The notes under the pieces are model-generated. The model searched no databases, was not told the DNA's origin, and saw only the letters and a program-made list of their open reading frames with translations. Below are positions 1-15,700 of a DNA stretch of 64,000 nucleotides, one piece after another. Source of the stretch: Okamejei kenojei (taxonomy: Eukaryota); contig CM069136.1 of the NCBI GenBank assembly GCA_035221665.1, forward strand, positions 20,460,001 through 20,524,000, given 5' to 3'. Position 1 is the stretch's first letter. Each line of letters begins with the position of its first letter. Position numbers and translations under genes: made by a program.

Positions 1-646
1 ATGAAGAAAGGATATCAGGAAGCATTAATTATTCAAAGGAATTCAACACATTTCAAAAAAAACTATCGGCATGGTCCTTTCAACATGGCTGAAAAGGAAG
101 AATGTCTGTGCTTGGTGCAGCAGAGAAGATTCTGTTAGACTGAAAGACAACCTCTACTTTTATAATTTCAGGAAATGAGCATGCTTTTCAATTGTGTAAG
201 TCCTTTGCAACAGCCCTTGACTTCATTAACCATCCACTAGCATTCTCTTTTATCTTGCACAATCAACTCAGTCTCTGATGAAGTCGCAACTCCTTTATAC
301 CCTGTAGTCGTGACAATCCCTCCACATTTTGCATTTGTTCCATGTCTCTAAATGTGTCATCTGCATCTATTCATCATCATGTTGAAAATAATTTGATCTA
401 AAACTTGATCAATGGCTCTTGGGCAAAGCATGCTGGCCAGTCAATTCAGAAATGACATTGATCTCATTTTGCTTACCTAGTCAGAACATGCCCAGTTTTC
501 CCAATTTAATTTCCTATTTCATTGCAGACACAAATATTCCAATATTCAGCAATGAACATAGATCCCATGACCTCAATACACCTACACTTTTACATCAATT
601 ACTTGGTTTTAAACCTGAGACAAACTTGGGAAGATTTGCTACTTAC

Positions 647-712
647 AAGTCGGGGATGTGCTTGCGGCTGGAGTGCTGCCGGTCCCTGCAGTTGTAGATG
701 GCGCAGCGGTGG
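647..712 (-). CDS. Micro-exon A (66 nt), representative copy: (S)TAAPSTTAGTGSTPAAS(T/S)SPT
   Basis: Minus strand reads aatttttgctcattggtatcctctag|CCACCGCTGCG...TCCCCGACTT|gtaagt. It is ~65% GC inside an AT-rich unit and symmetric phase 1-1. Confidence 0.85.
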
Positions 713-3700
713 CTAGAGGATACCAATGAGCAAAAATTATTGAAAGGAAATTCAACCCTATTCCTTAAACATTCAACATGATCTTTCCTTACATATATGA
801 AAATAAAATTAATACTCACACGATGCCGCAGAGAAAATATTGCGACAAGCAAGTAGTCAGTTTATCTGTCATATCAGTAAATGAATCTGTTTTTCAATTG
901 TGTATGCTCATCGCAACACCTTTACCCACCCACTGCCGCTTCCTTGTATTTTGCACATTCACCCTCTGCATCAGGTTGCCACTCTTCCTTTATATTCCAT
1001 TGCAGTGACAATTCTCCAACTTTTGCCCATTTCCCTGAATGCCTGTAACCTGAAACATAAGCTTTGGCACTTGGGCAAAAGATGCTGGACAGCCACCTCA
1101 GAAATGTCTAACCTCGTCAGAATTTGCTCAGTATTTGACATTTGTTTTCAAAATCACTAATGTATTGGTGGGTGTCAAATAATTTGATCTGGAAATACAT
1201 ATATATCACATGGTGTTCTCTCGGTATGTGGTTTTTGCTGCAGTTGTAGTAATGCCTGTTCCTCAGTTGGGATGTGCCCCACAGATCAAATATAATAAGA
1301 AATGATAATAATTACAATTGAGTGAGAGACTGTCATTTTTGTATGCACGATAATTATAACATGGTTTCAATGACATATACAATAGGCGAGTGGAGTGAAT
1401 GAATCCATCATTTTTCCTGTTGCTGTGTTCACACTTTTTATCGCAATGCTTTGGACCTGTTATGACTGACCTGGGGGCTGAATGGGCACACAAGCCAATT
1501 TGTAGTTTCACCATTAACAACATCCGTCTCAAGAGCGGAGACGCTGTTAATGATATTTGTCATCAATTTCTTGGTTAATGCCATAAATTGACAATGTTCT
1601 GTTAAAAGACTGCATCATTTCACACATCGTAAACAACACTTTTAGTGAATGGCGTTTTAACCAATGGGCTGTTTTCAAAGGAGCCATGCTTGATGTATAC
1701 ATATTTCATTATTCTGATTTGTATCCTAGAAATTATTACCTGAACACACCTTAACCAGCACATTGAAAAGTTGGCTTTACATACAAGATAAACTTATCAT
1801 GAACTCAGACTCACAGGTGGTTGGGCCAGGAGTTGCAGGGATCCCCGTCACTGAAATTGTACTTAGTGCTGTAATGAAGAAAGGATATCAGGAAGCATTA
1901 ATTATTCAAAGGAATTCAACACATTTCAAAAAAAACTATCGGCATGGTCCTTTCAACATGGCTGAAAAGGAAGAATGTCTGTGCTTGGTGCAGCAGAGAA
2001 GATTCTGTTAGACTGAAAGACAACCTCTACTTTTATAATTTCAGGAAATGAGCATGCTTTTCAATTGTGTAAGTCCTTTGCAACAGCCCTTGACTTCATT
2101 AACCATCCACTAGCATTCTCTTTTATCTTGCACAATCAACTCAGTCTCTGATGAAGTCGCAACTCCTTTATACCCTGTAGTCGTGACAATCCCTCCACAT
2201 TTTGCATTTGTTCCATGTCTCTAAATGTGTCATCTGCATCTATTCATCATCATGTTGAAAATAATTTGATCTAAAACTTGATCAATGGCTCTTGGGCAAA
2301 GCATGCTGGCCAGTCAATTCAGAAATGACATTGATCTCATTTTGCTTACCTAGTCAGAACATGCCCAGTTTTCCCAATTTAATTTCCTATTTCATTGCAG
2401 ACACAAATATTCCAATATTCAGCAATGAACATAGATCCCATGACCTCAATACACCTACACTTTTACATCAATTACTTGGTTTTAAACCTGAGACAAACTT
2501 GGGAAGATTTGCTACTTACAAGTCGGGGATGAGCTTGCGGCTGGAGTGCTGCCGGTCCCTGCAGTTGTAGATGGCGCAGCGGTGGCTAGAGGATACCAAT
2601 GAGCAAAAATTATTGAAAGGAAATTCAACCCTATTCCTTAAACATTCAGCATGATCTTTCCTTACATATATGAAAATAAAATTAATACTCACACGATGCC
2701 GCAGAGAAAATATTGCGACAAGCAAGTAGTCAGTTTATCTGTCATATCAGTAAATGAATCTGTTTTTCAATTGTGTATGCTCATCGCAACACCTTTACCC
2801 ACCCACTGCCGCTTCCTTGTATTTTGCACATTCACCCTCTGCATCAGGTTGCCACTCTTCCTTTATATTCCATTGCAGTGACAATTCTCCAACTTTTGCC
2901 CATTTCCCTGAATGCCTGTAACCTGAAACATAAGCTTTGGCACTTGGGCAAAAGATGCTGGACAGCCACCTCAGAAATGTCTAACCTCGTCAGAATTTGC
3001 TCAGTATTTGACATTTGTTTTCAAAATCACTAAATGTATTGGTGGGTGTCAAATAATTTGATCTGGAAATACATATATATCACATGGTGTTCTCTCGGTA
3101 TGTGGTTTTTGCTGCAGTTGTAGTAATGCCTGTTCCTCAGTTGGGATGTGCCCCACAGATCAAATATAATAAGAAATGATAATAATTACAATTGAGTGAG
3201 AGACTGTCATTTTTGTATGCACGATAATTATAACATGGTTTCAATGACATATACAATAGGCGAGTGGAGTGAATGAATCCATCATTTTTCCTGTTGCTGT
3301 GTTCACACTTTTTATCGCAATGCTTTGGACCTGTTATGACTGACCTGGGGGCTGAATGGGCACACAAGCCAATTTGTAGTTTCACCATTAACAACATCGT
3401 CTCAAGAGCAGAGACGCTGTTAATGATATTTGTCATCAATTTCTTGGTTAATGCCATAAATTGACAATGTTCTGTTAAAAGACTGCATCATTTCACACAT
3501 CGTAAACAACACTTTTAGTGAATGGCGTTTTAACCAATGGGCTGTTTTCAAAGGAGCCATGCTTGATGTATACATATTTCATTATTCTGATTTGTATCCT
3601 AGAAATTATTACCTGAACACACCTTAACCAGCACATTGAAAAGTTGGCTTTACATACAAGATAAACTTATCATGAACTCAGACTCACAGGTGGTTGGGCC

Positions 3701-6700
3701 AGGAGTTGCAGGGATCCCCGTCACTGAAATTGTACTTAGTGCTGTAATGAAGAAAGGATATCAGGAAGCATTAATTATTCAAAGGAATTCAACACATTTC
3801 AAAAAAAACTATCGGCATGGTCCTTTCAACATGGCTGAAAAGGAAGAATGTCTGTGCTTGGTGCAGCAGAGAAGATTCTGTTAGACTGAAAGACAACCTC
3901 TACTTTTATAATTTCAGGAAATGAGCATGCTTTTCAATTGTGTAAGTCCTTTGCAACAGCCCTTGACTTCATTAACCATCCACTAGCATTCTCTTTTATC
4001 TTGCACAATCAACTCAGTCTCTGATGAAGTCGCAACTCCTTTATACCCTGTAGTCGTGACAATCCCTCCACATTTTGCATTTGTTCCATGTCTCTAAATG
4101 TGTCATCTGCATCTATTCATCATCATGTTGAAAATAATTTGATCTAAAACTTGATCAATGGCTCTTGGGCAAAGCATGCTGGCCAGTCAATTCAGAAATG
4201 ACATTGATCTCATTTTGCTTACCTAGTCAGAACATGCCCAGTTTTCCCAATTTAATTTCCTATTTCATTGCAGACACAAATATTCCAATATTCAGCAATG
4301 AACATAGATCCCATGACCTCAATACACCTACACTTTTACATCAATTACTTGGTTTTAAACCTGAGACAAACTTGGGAAGATTTGCTACTTACAAGTCGGG
4401 GATGAGCTTGCGGCTGGAGTGCTGCCGGTCCCTGCAGTTGTAGATGGCGCAGCGGTGGCTAGAGGATACCAATGAGCAAAAATTATTGAAAGGAAATTCA
4501 ACCCTATTCCTTAAACATTCAGCATGATCTTTCCTTACATATATGAAAATAAAATTAATACTCACACGATGCCGCAGAGAAAATATTGCGACAAGCAAGT
4601 AGTCAGTTTATCTGTCATATCAGTAAATGAATCTGTTTTTCAATTGTGTATGCTCATCGCAACACCTTTACCCACCCACTGCCGCTTCCTTGTATTTTGC
4701 ACATTCACCCTCTGCATCAGGTTGCCACTCTTCCTTTATATTCCATTGCAGTGACAATTCTCCAACTTTTGCCCATTTCCCTGAATGCCTGTAACCTGAA
4801 ACATAAGCTTTGGCACTTGGGCAAAAGATGCTGGACAGCCACCTCAGAAATGTCTAACCTCGTCAGAATTTGCTCAGTATTTGACATTTGTTTTCAAAAT
4901 CACTAATGTATTGGTGGGTGTCAAATAATTTGATCTGGAAATACATATATATCACATGGTGTTCTCTCGGTATGTGGTTTTTGCTGCAGTTGTAGTAATG
5001 CCTGTTCCTCAGTTGGGATGTGCCCCACAGATCAAATATAATAAGAAATGATAATAATTACAATTGAGTGAGAGACTGTCATTTTTGTATGCACGATAAT
5101 TATAACATGGTCTCAATGGAATATACAATAGGCGAGTGGAGTGAATGAATCCATCATTTTTCCTGTTGCTGTGTTCACACTTTTTATCGCAATGCTTTGG
5201 ACCTGTTATGACTGACCTGGGGGCTGAATGGGCACACAAGCCAATTTGTAGTTTCACCATTAACAACATCGTCTCAAGAGCAGAGACGCTGTTAATGATA
5301 TTTGTCATCAATTTCTTGGTTAATGCCATAAATTGACAATGTTCTGTTAAAAGACTGCATCATTTCACACATCGTAAACAACACTTTCAGTGAATGGCGT
5401 TTTAACCAATGGGCTGTTTTCAAAGGAGCCATGCTTGATGTATACATATTTCATTATTCTGATTTGTATCCTAGAAATTATTACCTGAACACACCTTAAC
5501 CAGCACATTGAAAAGTTGGCTTTACATACAAGATAAACTTATCATGAACTCAGACTCACAGGTGGTTGGGCCAGGAGTTGCAGGGATCCCCGTCACTGAA
5601 ATTGTACTTAGTGCTGTAATGAAGAAAGGATATCAGGAAGCATTAATTATTCAAAGGAATTCAACACATTTCAAAAAAAACTATCGGCATGGTCCTTTCA
5701 ACATGGCTGAAAAGGAAGAATGTCTGTGCTTGGTGCAGCAGAGAAGATTCTGTTAGACTGAAAGACAACCTCTACTTTTATAATTTCAGGAAATGAGCAT
5801 GCTTTTCAATTGTGTAAGTCCTTTGCAACAGCCCTTGACTTCATTAACCATCCACTAGCATTCTCTTTTATCTTGCACAATCAACTCAGTCTCTGATGAA
5901 GTCGCAACTCCTTTATACCCTGTAGTCGTGACAATCCCTCCACATTTTGCATTTGTTCCATGTCTCTAAATGTGTCATCTGCATCTATTCATCATCATGT
6001 TGAAAATAATTTGATCTAAAACTTGATCAATGGCTCTTGGGCAAAGCATGCTGGCCAGTCAATTCAGAAATGACATTGATCTCATTTTGCTTACCTAGTC
6101 AGAACATGCCCAGTTTTCCCAATTTAATTTCCTATTTCATTGCAGACACAAATATTCCAATATTCAGCAATGAACATAGATCCCATGACCTCAATACACC
6201 TACACTTTTACATCAATTACTTGGTTTTAAACCTGAGACAAACTTGGGAAGATTTGCTACTTACAAGTCGGGGATGTGCTTGCGGCTGGAGTGCTGCCGG
6301 TCCCTGCAGTTGTAGATGGCGCAGCGGTGGCTAGAGGATACCAATGAGCAAAAATTATTGAAAGGAAATTCAACCCTATTCCTTAAACATTCAGCATGAT
6401 CTTTCCTTACATATATGAAAATAAAATTAATACTCACACGATGCCGCAGAGAAAATATTGCGACAAGCAAGTAGTCAGTTTATCTGTCATATCAGTAAAT
6501 GAATCTGTTTTTCAATTGTGTATGCTCATCGCAACACCTTTACCCACCCACTGCCGCTTCCTTGTATTTTGCACATTCACCCTCTGCATCAGGTTGCCAC
6601 TCTTCCTTTATATTCCATTGCAGTGACAATTCTCCAACTTTTGCCCATTTCCCTGAATGCCTGTAACCTGAAACATAAGCTTTGGCACTTGGGCAAAAGA

Positions 6701-9700
6701 TGCTGGACAGCCACCTCAGAAATGTCTAACCTCGTCAGAATTTGCTCAGTATTTGCCATTTGTATTCAAAATCACGAATGTATTGGTGGATGTCAAATAA
6801 TTTGATCTGGAAATACATATATATCACATGGTGTTCTCTCGGTATGTGGTTTTTGCTGCAGTTGTAGTAATGCCTGTTCTTCAGTTGGGATGTGCCCCAC
6901 AGATCAAATATTATAAGAAATGATAATAATTACAATTGAGTGAGAGACTGTCATTTTTGTATGCACGATAATTATAACATGGTCTCAATGAAATATACAA
7001 TAGGCGAGTGGAGTGAATGAATCCATCATTTTTCCTGTTGCTGTGTTCACACTTTTTATCGCAATGCTTTGGACCTGTTATGACTGACCTGGGGGCTGAA
7101 TGGGCACACAAGCCAATTTGTAGTTTCACCATTAACAACATCCGTCTCAAGAGCGGAGACGCTGTTAATGATATTTGTCATCAATTTCTTGGTTAATGCC
7201 ATAAATTGACAATGTTCTGTTAAAAGACTGCATCATTTCACACATCGTAAACAACACTTTTAGTGAATGGCGTTTTAACCAATGGGCTGTTTTCAAAGGA
7301 GCCATGCTTGATGTATACATATTTCATTATTCTGATTTGTATCCTAGAAATTATTACCTGAACACACCTTAACCAGCACATTGAAAAGTTGGCTTTACAT
7401 ACAAGATAAACTTATCATGAACTCAGACTCACAGGTGGTTGGGCCAGGAGTTGCAGGGATCCCCGTCACTGAAATTGTACTTAGTGCTGTAATGAAGAAA
7501 GGATATCAGGAAGCATTAATTATTCAAAGAAATTCAACACATTTCAAAAAAAACTATCGGCATGTTCCTTTCAACATGGCTTAAAAGGAAGAATGTCTGT
7601 GCTTGGTGCAGCAGAGAAGATTCTGTTAGACTGAAAGACAACCTCTACTTTTATAATTTCAGGAAATGAGCATGCTTTTCAATTGTGTAAGTCCTTTGCA
7701 ACAGCCCTTGGCTTCATTAACCATCCACTAGCATTCTCTTTTATCTTGCACAATCAACTCAGTCTCTGATGAAGTCGCAACTCCTTTATACCCTGTAGTC
7801 GTGACAATCCCTCCACATTTTGCATTTGTTCCATGTCTCTAAATGTGTCATCTGCATCTATTCATCATCATGTTGAAAATAATTTGATCTAAAACTTGAT
7901 CAATGGCTCTTGGGCAAAGCATGCTGGCCAGTCAATTCAGAAATGACATTGATCTCATTTTGCTTACCTAGTCAGAACATGCCCAGTTTTCCCAATTTAA
8001 TTTCCTATTTCATTGCAGACACAAATATTCCAATATTCAGCAATGAACATAGATCCCATGACCTCAATACACCTACACTTTTACATCAATTACTTGGTTT
8101 TAAACCTGAGACAAACTTGGGAAGATTTGCTACTTACAAGTCGGGGATGTGCTTGCGGCTGGAGTGCTGCCGGTCCCTGCAGTTGTAGATGGCGCAGCGG
8201 TGGCTAGAGGATACCAATGAGCAAAAATTATTGAAAGGAAATTCAACCCTATTCCTTAAACATTCAGCATGATCTTTCCTTACATATATGAAAATAAAAT
8301 TAATACTCACACGATGCCGCAGAGAAAATATTGCGACAAGCAAGTAGTCAGTTTATCTGTCATATCAGTAAATGAATCTGTTTTTCAATTGTGTATGCTC
8401 ATCGCAACACCTTTACCCACCCACTGCCGCTTCCTTGTATTTTGCACATTCACCCTCTGCATCAGGTTGCCACTCTTCCTTTATATTCCATTGCAGTGAC
8501 AATTCTCCAACTTTTGCCCATTTCCCTGAATGCCTGTAACCTGAAACATAAGCTTTGGCACTTGGGCAAAAGATGCTGGACAGCCACCTCAGAAATGTCT
8601 AACCTCGTCAGAATTTGCTCAGTATTTGACATTTGTTTTCAAAATCACGAATGTATTGGTGGGTGTCAAATAATTTGATCTGGAAATACATATATATCAC
8701 ATGGTGTTCTCTCGGTATGTGGTTTTTGCTGCAGTTGTAGTAATGCCTGTTCCTCAGTTGGGATGTGCCCCACAGATCAAATATAATAAGAAATGATAAT
8801 AATTACAATTGAGTGAGAGACTGTCATTTTTGTATGCACGATAATTATAACATGGTCTCAATGAAATATACAATAGGCGAGTGGAGTGAATGAATCCATC
8901 ATTTTTCCTGTTGCTGTGTTCACACTTTTTATCGCAATGCTTTGGACCTGTTATGACTGACCTGGGGGCTGAATGGGCACACAAGCCAATTTGTAGTTTC
9001 ACCATTAACAACATCGTCTCAAGAGCGGAGACGCTGTTAATGATATTTGTCATCAATTTCTTGGTTAATGCCATAAATTGACAATGTTCTGTTAAAAGAC
9101 TGCATCATTTCACACATCGTAAACAACACTTTTAGTGAATGGCGTTTTAACCAATGGGCTGTTTTCAAAGGAGCCATGCTTGATGTATACATATTTCATT
9201 ATTCTGATTTGTATCCTAGAAATTATTACCTGAACACACCTTAACCAGCACATTGAAAAGTTGGCTTTACATACAAGATAAACTTATCATGAACTCAGAC
9301 TCACAGGTGGTTGGGCCAGGAGTTGCAGGGATCCCCGTCACTGAAATTGTACTTAGTGCTGTAATGAAGAAAGGATATCAGGAAGCATTAATTATTCAAA
9401 GGAATTCAACACATTTCAAAAAAAACTATCGGCATGGTCCTTTCAACATGGCTGAAAAGGAAGAATGTCTGTGCTTGGTGCAGCAGAGAAGATTCTGTTA
9501 GACTGAAAGACAACCTCTACTTTTATAATTTCAGGAAATGAGCATGCTTTTCAATTGTGTAAGTCCTTTGCAACAGCCCTTGGCTTCATTAACCATCCAC
9601 TAGCATTCTCTTTTATCTTGCACAATCAACTCAGTCTCTGATGAAGTCGCAACTCCTTTATACCCTGTAGTCGTGACAATCCCTCCACATTTTGCATTTG

Positions 9701-12700
9701 TTCCATGTCTCTAAATGTGTCATCTGCATCTATTCATCATCATGTTGAAAATAATTTGATCTAAAACTTGATCAATGGCTCTTGGGCAAAGCATGCTGGC
9801 CAGTCAATTCAGAAATGACATTGATCTCATTTTGCTTACCTAGTCAGAACATGCCCAGTTTTCCCAATTTAATTTCCTATTTCATTGCAGACACAAATAT
9901 TCCAATATTCAGCAATGAACATAGATCCCATGACCTCAATACACCTACACTTTTACATCAATTACTTGGTTTTAAACCTGAGACAAACTTGGGAAGATTT
10001 GCTACTTACAAGTCGGGGATGAGCTTGCGGCTGGAGTGCTGCCGGTCCCTGCAGTTGTAGATGGCGCAGCGGTGGCTAGAGGATACCAATGAGCAAAAAT
10101 TATTGAAAGGAAATTCAACCCTATTCCTTAAACATTCAGCATGATCTTTCCTTACATATATGAAAATAAAATTAATACTCACACGATGCCGCAGAGAAAA
10201 TATTGCGACAAGCAAGTAGTCAGTTTATCTGTCATATCAGTAAATGAATCTGTTTTTCAATTGTGTATGCTCATCGCAACACCTTTACCCACCCACTGCC
10301 GCTTCCTTGTATTTTGCACATTCACCCTCTGCATCAGGTTGCCACTCTTCCTTTATATTCCATTGCAGTGACAATTCTCCAACTTTTGCCCATTTCCCTG
10401 AATGCCTGTAACCTGAAACATAAGCTTTGGCACTTGGGCAAAAGATGCTGGACAGCCACCTCAGAAATGTCTAACCTCGTCAGAATTTGCTCAGTATTTG
10501 ACATTTGTTTTCAAAATCACTAATGTATTGGTGGGTGTCAAATAATTTGATCTGGAAATACATATATATCACATGGTGTTCTCTCGGTATGTGGTTTTTG
10601 CTGCAGTTGTAGTAATGCCTGTTCCTCAGTTGGGATGTGCCCCACAGATCAAATATAATAAGAAATGATAATAATTACAATTGAGTGAGAGACTGTCATT
10701 TTTGTATGCACGATAATTATAACATGGTCTCAATGAAATATACAATAGGCGAGTGGAGTGAATGAATCCATCATTTTTCCTGTTGCTGTGTTCACACTTT
10801 TTATCGCAATGCTTTGGACCTGTTATGACTGACCTGGGGGCTGAATGGGCACACAAGCCAATTTGTAGTTTCACCATTAACAACATCGTCTCAAGAGCGG
10901 AGACGCTGTTAATGATATTTGTCATCAATTTCTTGGTTAATGCCATAAATTGACAATGTTCTGTTAAAAGACTGCATCATTTCACACATCGTAAACAACA
11001 CTTTTAGTGAATGGCGTTTTAACCAATGGGCTGTTTTCAAAGGAGCCATGCTTGATGTATACATATTTCATTATTCTGATTTGTATCCTAGAAATTATTA
11101 CCTGAACACACCTTAACCAGCACATTGAAAAGTTGGCTTTACATACAAGATAAACTTATCATGAACTCAGACTCACAGGTGGTTGGGCCAGGAGTTGCAG
11201 GGATCCCCGTCACTGAAATTGTACTTAGTGCTGTAATGAAGAAAGGATATCAGGAAGCATTAATTATTCAAAGGAATTCAACACATTTCAAAAAAAACTA
11301 TCGGCATGGTCCTTTCAACATGGCTGAAAAGGAAGAATGTCTGTGCTTGGTGCAGCAGAGAAGATTCTGTTAGACTGAAAGACAACCTCTACTTTTATAA
11401 TTTCAGGAAATGAGCATGCTTTTCAATTGTGTAAGTCCTTTGCAACAGCCCTTGACTTCATTAACCATCCACTAGCATTCTCTTTTATCTTGCACAATCA
11501 ACTCAGTCTCTGATGAAGTCGCAACTCCTTTATACCCTGTAGTCGTGACAATCCCTCCACATTTTGCATTTGTTCCATGTCTCTAAATGTGTCATCTGCA
11601 TCTATTCATCATCATGTTGAAAATAATTTGATCTAAAACTTGATCAATGGCTCTTGGGCAAAGCATGCTGGCCAGTCAATTCAGAAATGACATTGATCTC
11701 ATTTTGCTTACCTAGTCAGAACATGCCCAGTTTTCCCAATTTAATTTCCTATTTCATTGCAGACACAAATATTCCAATATTCAGCAATGAACATAGATCC
11801 CATGACCTCAATACACCTACACTTTTACATCAATTACTTGGTTTTAAACCTGAGACAAACTTGGGAAGATTTGCTACTTACAAGTCGGGGATGAGCTTGC
11901 GGCTGGAGTGCTGCCGGTCCCTGCAGTTGTAGATGGCGCAGCGGTGGCTAGAGGATACCAATGAGCAAAAATTATTGAAAGGAAATTCAACCCTATTCCT
12001 TAAACATTCAACATGATCTTTCCTTACATATATGAAAATAAAATTAATACTCACACGATGCCGCAGAGAAAATATTGCGACAAGCAAGTAGTCAGTTTAT
12101 CTGTCATATCAGTAAATGAATCTGTTTTTCAATTGTGTATGCTCATCGCAACACCTTTACCCACCCACTGCCGCTTCCTTGTATTTTGCACATTCACCCT
12201 CTGCATCAGGTTGCCACTCTTCCTTTATATTCCATTGCAGTGACAATTCTCCAACTTTTGCCCATTTCCCTGAATGCCTGTAACCTGAAACATAAGCTTT
12301 GGCACTTGGGCAAAAGATGCTGGACAGCCACCTCAGAAATGTCTAACCTCGTCAGAATTTGCTCAGTATTTGACATTTGTTTTCAAAATCACGAATGTAT
12401 TGGTGGGTGTCAAATAATTTGATCTGGAAATACATATATATCACATGGTGTTCTCTCGGTATGTGGTTTTTGCTGCAGTTGTAGTAATGCCTGTTCCTCA
12501 GTTGGGATGTGCCCCACAGATCAAATATAATAAGAAATGATAATAATTACAATTGAGTGAGAGACTGTCATTTTTGTATGCACGATAATTATAACATGGT
12601 TTCAATGACATATACAATAGGCGAGTGGAGTGAATGAATCCATCATTTTTCCTGTTGCTGTGTTCACACTTTTTATCGCAATGCTTTGGACCTGTTATGA

Positions 12701-15700
12701 CTGACCTGGGGGCTGAATGGGCACACAAGCCAATTTGTAGTTTCACCATTAACAACATCGTCTCAAGAGCAGAGACGCTGTTAATGATATTTGTCATCAA
12801 TTTCTTGGTTAATGCCATAAATTGACAATGTTCTGTTAAAAGACTGCATCATTTCACACATCGTAAACAACACTTTCAGTGAATGGCGTTTTAACCAATG
12901 GGCTGTTTTCAAAGGAGCCATGCTTGATGTATACATATTTCATTATTCTGATTTGTATCCTAGAAATTATTACCTGAACACACCTTAACCAGCACATTGA
13001 AAAGTTGGCTTTACATACAAGATAAACTTATCATGAACTCAGACTCACAGGTGGTTGGGCCAGGAGTTGCAGGGATCCCCGTCACTGAAATTGTACTTAG
13101 TGCTGTAATGAAGAAAGGATATCAGGAAGCATTAATTATTCAAAGGAATTCAACACATTTCAAAAAAAACTATCGGCATGGTCCTTTCAACATGGCTGAA
13201 AAGGAAGAATGTCTGTGCTTGGTGCAGCAGAGAAGATTCTGTTAGACTGAAAGACAACCTCTACTTTTATAATTTCAGGAAATGAGCATGCTTTTCAATT
13301 GTGTAAGTCCTTTGCAACAGCCCTTGACTTCATTAACCATCCACTAGCATTCTCTTTTATCTTGCACAATCAACTCAGTCTCTGATGAAGTCGCAACTCC
13401 TTTATACCCTGTAGTCGTGACAATCCCTCCACATTTTGCATTTGTTCCATGTCTCTAAATGTGTCATCTGCATCTATTCATCATCATGTTGAAAATAATT
13501 TGATCTAAAACTTGATCAATGGCTCTTGGGCAAAGCATGCTGGCCAGTCAATTCAGAAATGACATTGATCTCATTTTGCTTACCTAGTCAGAACATGCCC
13601 AGTTTTCCCAATTTAATTTCCTATTTCATTGCAGACACAAATATTCCAATATTCAGCAATGAACATAGATCCCATGACCTCAATACACCTACACTTTTAC
13701 ATCAATTACTTGGTTTTAAACCTGAGACAAACTTGGGAAGATTTGCTACTTACAAGTCGGGGATGAGCTTGCGGCTGGAGTGCTGCCGGTCCCTGCAGTT
13801 GTAGATGGCGCAGCGGTGGCTAGAGGATACCAATGAGCAAAAATTATTGAAAGGAAATTCAACCCTATTCCTTAAACATTCAACATGATCTTTCCTTACA
13901 TATATGAAAATAAAATTAATACTCACACGATGCCGCAGAGAAAATATTGCGACAAGCAAGTAGTCAGTTTATCTGTCATATCAGTAAATGAATCTGTTTT
14001 TCAATTGTGTATGCTCATCGCAACACCTTTACCCACCCACTGCCGCTTCCTTGTATTTTGCACATTCACCCTCTGCATCAGGTTGCCACTCTTCCTTTAT
14101 ATTCCATTGCAGTGACAATTCTCCAACTTTTGCCCATTTCCCTGAATGCCTGTAACCTGAAACATAAGCTTTGGCACTTGGGCAAAAGATGCTGGACAGC
14201 CACCTCAGAAATGTCTAACCTCGTCAGAATTTGCTCAGTATTTGACATTTGTTTTCAAAATCACTAATGTATTGGTGGGTGTCAAATAATTTGATCTGGA
14301 AATACATATATATCACATGGTGTTCTCTCGGTATGTGGTTTTTGCTGCAGTTGTAGTAATGCCTGTTCCTCAGTTGGGATGTGCCCCACAGATCAAATAT
14401 AATAAGAAATGATAATAATTACAATTGAGTGAGAGACTGTCATTTTTGTATGCACGATAATTATAACATGGTCTCAATGAATATACAATAGGCGAGTGGA
14501 GTGAATGAATCCATCATTTTTCCTGTTGCTGTGTTCACACTTTTTATCGCAATGCTTTGGACCTGTTATGACTGACCTGGGGGCTGAATGGGCACACAAG
14601 CCAATTTGTAGTTTCACCATTAACAACATCGTCTCAAGAGCGAGACGCTGTTAATGATATTTGTCATCAATTTCTTGGTTAATGCCATAAATTGACAATG
14701 TTCTGTTAAAAGACTGCATCATTTCACACATCGTAAACAACACTTTTAGTGAATGGCGTTTTAACCAATGGGCTGTTTTCAAAGGAGCCATGCTTGATGT
14801 ATACATATTTCATTATTCTGATTTGTATCCTAGAAATTATTACCTGAACACACCTTAACCAGCACATTGAAAAGTTGGCTTTACATACAAGATAAACTTA
14901 TCATGAACTCAGACTCACAGGTGGTTGGGCCAGGAGTTGCAGGGATCCCCGTCACTGAAATTGTACTTAGTGCTGTAATGAAGAAAGGATATCAGGAAGC
15001 ATTAATTATTCAAAGGAATTCAACACATTTCAAAAAAAAACTATCGGCATGGTCCTTTCAACATGGCTGAAAAGGAAGAATGTCTGTGCTTGGTGCAGCA
15101 GAGAAGATTCTGTTAGACTGAAAGACAACCTCTACTTTTATAATTTCAGGAAATGAGCATGCTTTTCAATTGTGTAAGTCCTTTGCAACAGCCCTTGACT
15201 TCATTAACCATCCACTAGCATTCTCTTTTATCTTGCACAATCAACTCAGTCTCTGATGAAGTCGCAACTCCTTTATACCCTGTAGTCGTGACAATCCCTC
15301 CACATTTTGCATTTGTTCCATGTCTCTAAATGTGTCATCTGCATCTATTCATCATCATGTTGAAAATAATTTGATCTAAAACTTGATCAATGGCTCTTGG
15401 GCAAAGCATGCTGGCCAGTCAATTCAGAAATGACATTGATCTCATTTTGCTTACCTAGTCAGAACATGCCCAGTTTTCCCAATTTAATTTCCTATTTCAT
15501 TGCAGACACAAATATTCCAATATTCAGCAATGAACATAGATCCCATGACCTCAATACACCTACACTTTTACATCAATTACTTGGTTTTAAACCTGAGACA
15601 AACTTGGGAAGATTTGCTACTTACAAGTCGGGGATGTGCTTGCGGCTGGAGTGCTGCCGGTCCCTGCAGTTGTAGATGGCGCAGCGGTGGCTAGAGGATA

